From Yuukianura sp. NJ FZ-2021 (taxonomy: Eukaryota), in the NCBI GenBank assembly GCA_046563655.1, contig CM102289.1:5332001-5396000 (forward strand): a stretch of DNA of 64,000 nt, in the 5' to 3' direction. The position numbers and the translations under genes are program-made. Positions 12,901 to 24,241 of this stretch are shown one piece after another. The stretch's first letter is position 1, and each line of letters begins with the position of its first letter. Below the pieces are notes generated by a model that was not told the origin of the DNA, ran no database searches, and was given only the letters and a program-made list of their open reading frames with translations.

Positions 12901-15235
12901 AGGGAGACTTATGTCCAATCCTCGAATCCTCACAAACATGCGCCATCCAGAACTCAACTTCGAGGTTTTTCGAAAAATCTTTTTTAGAATTCCAGCGTCG
13001 CAGAAGTTTTGGCTCCCACGCCGTTACAATTCCAAATTCATGTGTCCAAGCATGGCATGCGTCGTGGAAATAATGAAAAAGTTAAGGAATGATCTCTTGA
13101 TGGAACCTCACGAACTGAACAAAATCATCGACAATCGAATCGTGTCTTCTCGCTAGAAGGAATTTGAACTTGACGAAGAGCCTGTCAATGAACTTATGAA
13201 GGTGAGCCCTTGAACTCTTCCTTCCCTAGACGTTAACGCTCGAGTGCCCTTCTTAAGAATAGATCATTTTCCGTACCCTGCCTTCACACCTTGGATTCTA
13301 GAACAATCAAAAACAAACACAATGGATTGACCAGGTAAGTTAAGGGTGGTAAAGGACTTAACAAAGGAATAAGGCTCCAGCGAAGCGTTTTGTACGAAAA
13401 AGAATCTCAAAAGTCATGTTAAAAAATACAAGTACAGAATTTCATGTTAAAAAAAACTTCATGTTCAACTAAAAAAAAAGTAAACGTTTTCAAGGAGTCA
13501 GCCGGCATGCTATTGCTGCAGTTCCCAAGAAGCCAGAACCGCAGAGTCTTTGTCTTTCAAAAAACCTTTGTTTTCACATCCCATTGTAAAGTTAAATCAT
13601 CATTTTCGCCTCTAAACCTTGTCCTCTAACGTGTTTGTTCGTAGCAGATGATTTGAGTAATTAGATAAGGCAGAAAATCATCCAACGTTTACCATAAGGT
13701 AACACGATTGACTAGTTTTAGTCATACAGCAGATGAGTTACTGGAAAAATCCTAGCAAAAAAAAATGTAAAATTGACATGATGATGTTGAAACTTTTTTC
13801 CTCCTAAAATGATAAAGATGAGGCAATAACAAATCAATTCTTTGTTAGTTTGAATATGCGTGTGTAGTGTAATTCATATTTTTGAATTCTGGTTTTGAAA
13901 GTATAACACCCTACAGTTCACATGCAAACATAGTTTTTTGAATGTTACCAACTGCTTTTTGAATGTTAGCAGCAAGCTAGTCGTAGTAGCGTGGTGGCAT
14001 TTGGTCTCCCTTCCAGAACCAAAATTCGTTGGGAATCGCATGTGCCTTCTCCTCATCTGCTGGCTTGAGAAAGGAAAACCAGACAAAGGATCGATCGATA
14101 CAAGAATTTTGTACACACAAAAAACCGGCATCCCCGCCGCCGCTGCTGTGAACTCTGGCGGTGCCGGTGAGCGCTACGCTCATGTCAAAGACTCAGACCA
14201 TGCTCAGCTAAAAGTCTAAAGTATCGCGTTTACTCAAATACTAAAATACTGCGTGGCATCCGCCAACTGACATGATCATGATGATGCTGGATGTGGAGCA
14301 GCAGAGCTCTTCATGGATGGAACAAAGGACACCGTGGTCATACTACTTAGTAAATCGAAACTGCGGCTAAAATCGACTCGTTTCCGTTGTTGTTTCCCCA
14401 ATATTAACAAACAGGTCCGAAACAATGAGTGACTCATTATGAAAGTGCCTGATTATTTAGTCAAGAGTCGGCACGGAACGAAGAGTCGTCGATGAAAAAA
14501 AAAACTAAAGTTGCGTCAGAGGGTAATGGAACAAAGGAAGCCGATAAGGTAGTTTTAAAAGAGGAGCCAAAACTATCGTTTTTGCACGTACCCTGTTCAT
14601 ACCCTACGCTATTTTCGCTTTTTATGTTTTTGATTTCAAAATAGATGACATGGTTTTCCTATATACGGAATACGCGAGTACGACGCATCACGTTATGGTG
14701 AGTCTGACTCAGAGCATGCGCGACTGTTGTGAATTAGAAAATGCAAGCGTAAAAAACGTAAAAATTTCGTACCTTGACGGCCAACAATTTCTGCTACGTG
14801 TTCGGAACTTGGGACTGGAACGCATTCCGTCATGTTCTGACTCTTCTTGGGAGCAAAGACTCCAAATGCCGAGCGGAAAGTGTCATCGAGACTTGAGGAA
14901 CTGAGGAGACTGCTGTGATGACAAAGTCCTTGATTGTTTCCGAAGTGACCATTGTCCAGAAGCCCGCCATGATTATTGAGAAAGGAGAATGTGGGGCTGA
15001 GAGGTGATCCGATTCGGGCAGAGGTCATCAGCGATGAATTTGCGTTGGGAGATGAAGATGACTCGGCCGAAGTGAGTCCGAGCATGGACAGCTCGAGTGC
15101 CAGTTGAAGGGCTCGTTGGTCCTCGATAACTGATCCTGTTCCATTGTTGCTTGAAGTGACGACGTGGTCCATTATTGATGACGGTGATGACGAGGGAAGT
15201 ACGGAACTGTCGGCCCAACAGGTCACAGAGTTCAT
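3958..15235 (-). CDS. mex-3: MEX3-family KH-domain RNA-binding protein (2 exons: 15235-14773, 5021-3958; 9.75-kb intron)
   Basis: The exons join as ...[55 protein letters not shown]..., and KH2 reads [46 protein letters not shown]. Both are near-identical to MEX3 KH domains. N-terminal [16 protein letters not shown] motif present. Phase-1 GT (14772) and AG (5022) sites. Confidence 0.96.
4100..4350. repeat. In-frame tandem duplication (219-nt period) within mex-3 exon 2
   Basis: CACCTCC(A/G)CTGCTGCTCGATCCCACCGTGT occurs at 4101 and 4320. The protein repeats [20 protein letters not shown] and NNMFS.FFDYPS. The duplicated region extends beyond the coordinates given (about 3960-4400). Confidence 0.9.
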
Positions 15236-16115
15236 GTAGTTGTACTAGAGTCCGACCAGGACGAGAGCCAAAAGTCTACTGAACGTACGGCGGGAATTGA
15301 CTCTTGTCTTTATGTCTACTGGCTGTCACCCTTCCAGGAAAGTTCCTTTACAGCTACGCAGAGAGGAATGAAAAAGCGTCTCTCCCCTCAGCCAAGGATA
15401 AACGACGACTGAAAGCACAAACATTGGCTGCAATTTCTTTTGTTCTCAAATGTCGCTTGTGGTGAAGGTTTCCACATAACCGAAACGTCACCCACTAGTC
15501 CACCTCAAATTTAAGTTTAAGCGTAATTGGCATGCGTAAATTTACAACTTTTTAACTTAAATTAAATGTACCTAGGAATTCTAATAGTATGAGAAGCGTG
15601 TAGTTTATTTTATCTAACATTCTAATATGAATTTAACTACCAAAAACTGTGAAATTAATAATTTACTTAACACTTATTTATCTGCCCAATTGCGACTGCG
15701 ATGAGGTTTGGTGAGGCAGTTTAAAAAGTTTTACTGAAACCGAATGAGTCAACAACATTAATTTCAATTTTTCAACAAATGTTTATCTTTTCTTTCTAGT
15801 TTTGGCATAAGAAATTGTGAATAAGGTTAAAGTTCACCTATTATAAGTTAATTTGGTGCGATTTACTAATTGATTGACGAGCCTGGAGTGGACGGGACAA
15901 CCGTGCGACCCAATAGGTATCAATTACTCACTCACAAACTGATACGAACAGGATATCAAATCAAGTAAGGCCCAACTGATTACAGTTTGTTTACGCATTC
16001 ATTTGAGATTTCAAATTATTTATGGAGGAGCTGGAGCTTGAGTACTACTTTATTTTAGTGGATTTTATATAAAAACAGGATAATCGTTGATGAGTTAGTA
16101 GTTGTAAAGTGAGTC

Positions 16116-19092
16116 ATGCTTCCAGGTCCAACATTTTTTGTGGAAATGGACAGCAGTAATGGATCATTCGATCATCTGACAGGTGAAGAAGTAACATGCG
16201 AGACTGATGTAAGACCAACTTTCCTATCTTATGAGTTATGTTAACTTATTTTTGACTGAATTGTGCTAATGTTTGTTGTCTTCTACAGATGAAATTTGAA
16301 CAAGGCAAAGTGTCTCAAAAGTTTACAATCAACGACACCAAGAAGAAAGAGATTTTAATTCTTGGGAAGCTTTTCATTTCGGAGAACGTAAGAACAATAT
16401 TCAGTACACCAACTACCATAGTATGTACGCACTGATGTAACACGTTTGTTTCCATTTAGAAATTCGGACAATACATCGAGTGGAAACCTACTGAAGAAAG
16501 GCCAACTTCTCCTTTCGAATGTAGTCCCACTAAAGGCTTTGAAGTGAATTCCCATAAAGAGTGGGCACTGGTTCATGGAACAACACAGAAGATCGGATTC
16601 AAAGCTGGAAAAGACTCAGCTGGTTCGTAATTGAATTATTATTTCAGAGGCGACAGACGACCATTATTATACGGGTCTTTGTATTTGCAGATACAATCCA
16701 GTTCGTTCCTGATCCACGAATGAATGAATACCGTCGTCCGGTGAAAATAGAATTGGCCGAAGTTCGTTCGCTGTTGATTCCTTCAAAGGCTAAAGGGAAG
16801 GAGCTTATTCTCATTCTGCAAGATGGGACTTCTCACAACCCATTTATATTCGAGCGAGGCTCCGTCGAGAATTTTAAAGAAGCCATGGAGCGCTACGTTA
16901 CCATTAGCAGGTAATAGGTGAACAATGTTAAATTATGAAACTGGATGTTAATTCTGAGGCGATTTAAACTACCAGGACTCGGGACAAAGACTTATACTTG
17001 ATTACCCCCAAGAAACACCAACCAAGTTCTATTCCACAGCCGTCCATTGCTGAGCTGATTCTGCCAGAACAAGTTAACCAGCTGCTTGGTTTACTGAAGG
17101 ATGTGAGAAACGATCCTATGGCTGTTGCAAAGACTGGACTTGCTAAGCTAGCAGATTATACTGGTCAGTGTGTTTTTCTCATCTTAGTGCTTTAGAACAT
17201 GAAGAAATTGTTTAATTGTTGGCTTGTTGTTTACAGCGACTCAACTGAACGAGTATGCCGATCAACACCGGGGTGGATCCTCGCACAATTCCAGTCCCCG
17301 CATGACAAATCCATCGTCACCTTCCGCATCGTCATCACGCTACCCAACACACCAGTCATCTGATGGGCATGACGCCGATGCTGACTACGCAACCAATGAA
17401 GAAGGCTATGAAGTTATTTACAAGCCGGAGAAATCTAATGTTGACCTTCCTCCACGTCGTAAAACATTCCGAGGTCAACCTCTGAATCAAGAGCAGTGGC
17501 TCAATTATTTGGACAACGACGGGCGAGTCACAAACCTGGATGAAATTAAACAAATTGTTTTTCGTGGGGTAAGTTTGGTCCATCCATTGGTTCGTGTCTG
17601 ACATTGCTGTACTTTCTTGTTAGTATCGTGATTTTCTGCAGCGCATTGATATTCGTTATTTCTGGAATATTTTTAGGGAGTTGAATCCGCAATTCGAAAG
17701 CATGTTTGGGTGTTTCTGCTGGGTCTCTACGATGCCAGTTCCACATATGAAGAGCGTAAGGAGATATTCAAAGAGAAAACGTTTCGATACGAGACAATGA
17801 AGATGCAGTGGTCAACAATTGTGGAGGATCAGGAAGAACGGTTTCATGCATTTCGAGACTTCAAATCCTTGATTGGTAAGATTCCTAATGCGTAACTAAC
17901 TGTTTACTAGTTTACATTCTCTTCTTTCTCAACATCAGCTTTTTTATCTTGTTTGCAGAGAAAGATGTTACGAGAACAGATCGATGCCTTGAGTTTTTCA
18001 GTGGCGACAACAACGAGTGGCTTGAAGTCCTTCGTCGAATTCTCATGACGTACATGATGTACAACTTCAACTTGGGCTATGTCCAAGGCATGAGTGACAT
18101 TCTATCCCCCATATTGATGGAAGTTCAGGATGAGGTTTTGGCGTTTTGGCTATTTGCGAGGTTCATGGACACAATTGTAAGGAAACTGAGGACCTCATGT
18201 TGGTTCATCATCAATCTTGCTTCAAAAGTTTTACATGAGTTGCTAATCTTCTATTTCAGTACAAGAACTTTGAAATGAGTCAGGAGACAATGCAGCAACA
18301 GTTGCGTGATAGCTATACTCTTCTTCAGCTGGTTGATCCACGATTCAGTGCGTACCTGAATGCTTGTGATGCTGCTAACATGTATTTTGCTTTTCGCTGG
18401 CTCCTCATTCTGTTTAAGGTGAGTACTTAGGTTTAATAGGAGGGATATAAAGAGCCAAGAACCTTAACAATCAGTAGTTTGATAGTACAAAATTCTACTC
18501 GTGAATTGATTGTTTTCAGAGGGAGTTTTCGACAACGGACATTTTGCTTCTGTGGGAAGCTCTTTGGACACAATTACCTGGACCGAATTTTCACCTGTTC
18601 TTGGGATTGGCAATTTTGGACCAGCACAAGACAACTGTTATGGAAAACAAGTTTGGATTGAGCGAGATTTTGAGAGTGAGTAATAATGCTGAAAATAATT
18701 TTAACATCAAGCTGTACTTTTAAGCCTTTAAAATTAACAATTCTTAAATTGGTTTTTAGCATGTAAACGATTTGTCAATGAGGATTGACCTCGGCGAGTC
18801 GCTTTCCCTGGCAGAGTCAATGTACCTCCAGTTAGTGGAGGCTCAGGATAAGCTGCCGAATAACATCAGAGCAATTTTGGGATTACCACCGAAGGACGAA
18901 CCAAGTGAAGATATAAGTCCTGCCACTTCATCACCGACAGAAGGAGAGCCATTCAGAGGTCACACGACAACCGATTCCGTCCTGCTCTCAGACAGTGTCC
19001 TCAGATCTCCGAGTCCCTCTGCCCCCAGCCCAACCGTCGAAGAACAAAGTTTAGAACTCAACTGTGATCTCGGAATTAGCCAATTTATGTGA
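16116..19092 (+). CDS. TBC1D15: TBC1D15/TBC1D17-like Rab GTPase-activating protein (11 exons: 16116-16208, 16289-16387, 16460-16622, 16691-16910, 16976-17163, 17237-17568, 17677-17875, 17959-18176, 18260-18418, 18520-18675, 18760-19092)
   Basis: TBC catalytic motifs IEKDVTRTDR (R finger) and YVQGMSD (Q finger), plus IRKHVWVFLLG, FRWLLILFKREF and LWEALW. All introns are GT-AG with compatible phases. The start could instead be the in-frame ATG at 16146. Confidence 0.92.
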
Positions 19093-19656
19093 AAGTCACG
19101 CAAGTCCTCCATCGCTTTTACCTTTCAACTCGTTTTTAGTTCTGAAACGACATTTTAAATTGATGGAACATAAAATCGTGAACAGATTTTGCTTTAATAT
19201 TCATAAGGTAAATTAAGTGTACATACTACGGTATTATTCTTGGAACCGAAATTGTGGCTGTATCCAGTCTTTAATGAAAAGGGATGAAACTTGTCAGTTT
19301 CACATTCTAAAATCTCATTGTTCAAAGGTTTATAATAGTAGTAGTATAACGCTTTTCTTAGAAGAGCGTTTTCTAGTATCTGATCACAATTATACATACA
19401 CAATTCATAATCGTGTAGCTAATTAAGAAGTTGTCCGGTATCACACGTTGTGCCCAGGAAAATGTACCTTTGAAACTTCTGCAACCGATGAAATAAATTG
19501 AAATATTTCGTTCAAATTGCTTCCGTTAATTGTTATTGTTAATCGTAATGGAAAATTTAACGAAAAAGTCAGTCGTTAAGCGCGAAATACGATTTGAGAA
19601 TAGCTTAGGCTGAGGTAAGGCTTAACGAGTATCATTGTAACAAGCCTCTCGGCGTA

Positions 19657-19954
19657 GGCACTCCGCCGTTTTTGGTGGCTACAATTGGTAGCTACACTGT
19701 GCGGCAACTTATGTTGCTACTTTATGTTAGGTTACAGTGGCTACTTACGTTGCGATTCAGGCGTAGCCACCCACTGTAGCTACTAAAACTGGCAGAGTGG
19801 TAATGCCTGGAGGGCAAAATGACGATTAATTTTTACCTCAATCCACTTTTTGGCCACAATTGTTGATTATGCTAGGGTACTTTAGGTTAGGGCTGCAACA
19901 GTTACCACTCAGGCGCAACCGCTGTAGCCGCAAAAGATGGCCGGAGTGACTGCC
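19657..19954. mobile_element. Two tandem degenerate MITE-like units (~19657-19807 and ~19841-19954)
   Basis: The left end GGCACTCCGCCGTTTTTGGTGGCTACA is an imperfect inverted repeat of both TGTAGCTACTAAAACTGGCAGAGTGGTAATGCC (~19776-19807) and TGTAGCCGCAAAAGATGGCCGGAGTGACTGCC (~19923-19954). Each unit has a central TACTTTA(T/G)GTTAGG core. Confidence 0.55.
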
Positions 19955-20260
19955 TACATTGCGTGGGTACTTTATGGTAGGTAATCCTTACGACGCAGGT
20001 GAGTCGAGCGTGAGTCTAACTCCGGCTCCAATTTTAAGAAGGTAAACACCGAAAGATTACCCAGTTCATCTTCCATTCAGTGATTTCTCTAAATTTACGT
20101 TTCAGAAGATTGACAAAAGTTAAATTTGTTTTGCCACTTCATTCATTGCTGATCGACAATCGAATACTAGGTGTACTGTACTACTAGTTAGTACAAGCTG
20201 ATAAGTTAGTAGTTTAGTTTATCCGCTGTTCCGGACAGGAACTGGGATTCTGAAGCCAGC

Positions 20261-22795
20261 ATGTCACTGGAACATGGCAGTGAATTCGTAGAAGTCCTAC
20301 GATCCTTCTTTTTTGCTTACTTTCTAATAGCGCTTCCAATTTTTGTCTCCATTTCTCCATCATGTTTAGCTGCCACTGAATTTCCAGCATTTAGGCTTCA
20401 GCAATTTGATCTTCATGGTTCCTCATACGGTAATGGATTTCCATTATTTCAAATGCGATTTGTGTATGTTGCATTAAGTTAAATGTCGTTTTTGAATTTA
20501 CAGGAACCAGCGGCAGTATTCTTAATTACGAAACAAGAGTGTTACCGGGTTCGCAAATTGTGAGTTCCCCGAGAAGATGCTACCTTGTGAAGATGGTCGA
20601 CTTGACAATAGAAATGTACCGGAACTTACTCAAATACAGTGTCGCTGGTGTCGTGATTATAGTTCCATCAAAGATAAGCGCTCTGGAAGCAGAAGTTATT
20701 GAACAAATACAACATTTAGAGGAAGTCATGATTGAGGAAGCAACATCAGTGCCAGTCTACCTCATTCAAGAGAGTGAGGAGGTTCTAAAGGTCTACGAGA
20801 CGGTAACTGAAAGTGCTGAATCGCTTGGAGCAACTTCCTCTGCATTTCAGAGTAAGCCGTTTATTTGGAATTCGAAGGTGTGATGAACGGATTAGAAGAT
20901 TCCAACCATTGGTTTTGTTTTATAATAGCTCTCCTTCATCATGTCCATGGGAATGGAGTCCAACTCGTCACAGGTTCCACAATTGGAACTCCAAAAGTGA
21001 GATCAGATGCACAGGTCGTGAATATCCAAGGAGCCCTGATTGGTTCCAAAACGGACAGGAATTTTTCAATTCTAGTTACTGCTCATTATGATTCCATGAG
21101 TCCTGCCGCTGTAAGTAGACACTTTTCTATATGACTTTTGAAATATGGTCAATGTCTTTTATGTTTCTGATCTTGTCTTTCAATTCCACTGTAATCTAGG
21201 AAATGTCATTTGGTGCTGATTCAAACGGTTCCGGTGTCAGCTTGCTGATTGAATTGGCTCGTATTTTTTCACATCTTTACAATTCCCCCGGGTCAGGCTC
21301 AGCAAAGTTGTCATCTTGGACCGGCGGTGCTGGCAGCAACACACAAAAGTCACTCTTGTTCCTGCTGTCCGGTGCCGGACATTTTAACTACCATGGAACC
21401 CAGAAATACTTGGAAGATCAAATTGACTCGTCCGACAATAGTGACCTTCATGAGACTCGACTAGTCATTTGCCTTGACTCTCTTGCAGGAGCCAAAGATC
21501 AACTGTACATCCACGTCTCCCGATCCATTCGAGAAGGAACAATGCTGGAGAATTTTATTCAAGTGAGAAATATTTGTATACATTTAACACTCAGCTGTCG
21601 CAATCAATTTTGTTTTTATAAAAGCATCATTTTTAATCTGTAGAAGCTGAATGATGTGACAAAAAAGCTTTATCCAGAACTGAAAGTAGACGTAGTGCAA
21701 CGGAAAGTTCGTACCGAGAATCTACTGTCTTGGGAACATGAGAAGTTCCATTTGAAGAAAATTAATGCCATCACACTATCGTCTTACGAGGTATAACATT
21801 CTTAAAAATACTCCAGTGGTGTGACTTGGATTATGTTTATTATGTAAATTAATTGCTATTTTCAGAGTGCCGATAACATCAAGTCCAGTATCCTAGACAC
21901 AGGAGACGGAGTTGACATCAACGATTTGACGAAGAAGACTCACGCAATAGCCGAGGCGCTGGCTGCCAGTCTCTACAATGTTTCTGATATAGGAACTGCC
22001 TTCTCAGGATCTCTGGTAAGATGTACTCACGAAATGTGTTTTGCTTTGAGAGCAAAAGTTTTTCATCTTGCTTATTTGAATCCGATTAAAACTTTTCTTT
22101 GGTTTAGGGTATCTCCAAGGAATCCGTAGCCTCCACCTTGACATACTTAAGCGCAGAGCCGCGTTCTGCTCAGTTGCTGGCGTCAAAACAAAACAAGTTT
22201 GTTCAGTCACTACGCTCACTTCTTGCCAGGTATTTAACGACTTTCCAACGTTATCAGCTGAGCAGCAAATCTAAAGAAGATGTTCCCTATTCAATTATGC
22301 CTGTTTTATAGGTATACTCATGAAACGAGTCTCTTCATCATGAAACCGGATAAGAGAGACGCGAATTTGGTATTCTACGATACCACTGGCGGAACTATTT
22401 CTGCATACGAGTAAGTTTCGACGTCAACAAGCGCTTAGCTTAAAGGCTTTACTTGGACGCAACGCTGCTGGATCGTCGTTACGGATGAGATTACTTTAAA
22501 CTTGTATCACTCATGATGTATTCCTTTTCAGTGTGAAGCCAGCCATATTTGATCTCGTTTTGTCGGTTGTAATCGCTGTATACTTGGCCGTGATCTACAT
22601 ACTAATGAAGGTAAGTCTCGAAGTTCATATTGGATCAAAAGTAGTCAAATTGTACAATGTAATTTTGCATTTTAGCAATTTCCAGCCTTGTATTCATTGG
22701 CGGAAGACTTGTGGAAAGTAGATTCAACGAACACGTCAAATACAAATGGTTCATCGGCATCGAACCATGTTCAACGCCGTGAAAAGACGCAGTGA
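20261..22795 (+). CDS. NCLN: Nicalin (nicastrin-like, M28-fold ER membrane protein; 10 exons: 20261-20429, 20504-20851, 20929-21110, 21200-21562, 21644-21790, 21866-22015, 22108-22229, 22312-22410, 22532-22610, 22676-22795)
   Basis: Motifs EFPAFRLQQFDLHG, AHYDS, GADSNGSGVSLLIELARIFS, SGAGHFNYHGT, CLDSL, WEHEKF and VKPAIFDL, followed by a TM helix and a C-terminal REKTQ. Splice phases are consistent. Confidence 0.95.
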
Positions 22796-23254
22796 TGCTA
22801 CATGATTCCTATAAATTCAGACAGGCATTTCGTAGTCTTTGTTTAGCCAAATCTTATTCCATTTCCCAGCCATCACAAAATGTCTCTTGTCATAATATTT
22901 ACTTGTTTCAAAATGTTAATAAGTTTTGGACAAAAAAATTAAAACAAAAATGTGATTCAGGATTCTTTGATATTTTTGCGTGTGTGTGTCCTTTTCAGTT
23001 TTCTCGTTTTTGTGTTCCATGTGAAGGAAGACCATAGCACTTCTCGAGTTTTGGTGGGTTTGGATTCGATGCAGGATCGTTCTTGATGTCGGTTTCTACT
23101 GGCTTCCGACGACCAGGATCTTTGCACCCACAATACACATGAGGCTTGGGCTTCACTTTCTTCTCTTTGATTTTTCTGTAAGTTTTTCAAAATAATTTTG
23201 TTTTGAAAAATATTCTTAAAAATGCGAATTGTGAGTTTTAACTGTTTCGTTTTG

Positions 23255-24241
23255 TTACTTAGGGCGTGTTTTTGGCGGAGTAGGTGGAGGCGTGAATTCG
23301 AATTTTTGAGCTGTGGGGCCAAGAGCGAGTGTCTTCACTTCATTGACATCTTTGAGCTCAATGTCATTGTTAACTTCGTGTTCCCCAATTGAAGATTGAG
23401 TTTGCTTCCAGCCCTTGGGTGTATAAAAGTGTTTCAGTTTGAGCAACTCTTCGTTGACGAGGCGGTGAAGATCTTCGGGAGCCATCCGACGCATGCTGAA
23501 AAATTCTGTTGCGAATTTCACAGCATCTTTGGGCTGAGCTTTTAAGAGTTTTCTGGTAAAAGTTTTAAGATTTTTATATTGATTTGGACTGAAAGCATTT
23601 TTTGAAGTTTTTTGTTCCTTGCAGAAACTTACTTCATGAAAACGGACATGAGAGCGTCGACTTCAGGATGATGGTTTAAGTAGATGTAATTCTGACGCCG
23701 TATGTTCATCTAGAAACGTCAAAGATCAAATCAACTCTGAGGTCAATGACATTTTACAAAAGAATGTGACCGTGACCTTGAACTTCTCAAGTCCGTCCAG
23801 CCGACACTCTGGAATGACACATTGGTCGAAATCAGGCAGACCATGGGGATGCAACCAAGCAGCATTGTCGACCGTGTCGTTCATTGTCTTCTGCATTCGG
23901 AGGAGGAAGTCCAATCGGGCATCTTCTTCGAGCGCCTTCCTGTGATTAACAAACGTACCTTGGCTGACCTTTGCCACCGGGATCTTTAGAATCGGTGGTC
24001 CCTGCGCCTGCGCCTTCAGTTTTGCCTCGGCCTCATCAATCATTTCCTGTATATGCGCAGCCCTGGCCGGTGCCTCGTCCAACCACGGATGTTTTCCGTG
24101 CCATGCAACATGGCTGCTCTCTTCAGTCTCTTCAGTGGTTTCCAGTTCTGATTCCAGCTCCGATTCTTCGTCGAGTTCCAGCTCCTGTTCGATCTCCGGT
24201 TCTTTTCGCAATTCAAATCCATCTCCAGCGTTGAGGTCCAT
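23255..24241 (-). CDS. RIIAD1: RIIa (dimerization/docking) domain protein, RIIAD1-like (3 exons: 24241-23777, 23709-23633, 23552-23255)
   Basis: The spliced product contains LEKFK|MNIRRQNYIYLNHHPEVDALMSVFMK|KLLKAQPKDAVKFATEFFS, which matches the RIIAD1-type D/D pattern (YL..H.EV..L...F...LL...P.D...FA..FF). Acidic N-terminal extension. GT-AG introns in phase. Confidence 0.75.
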
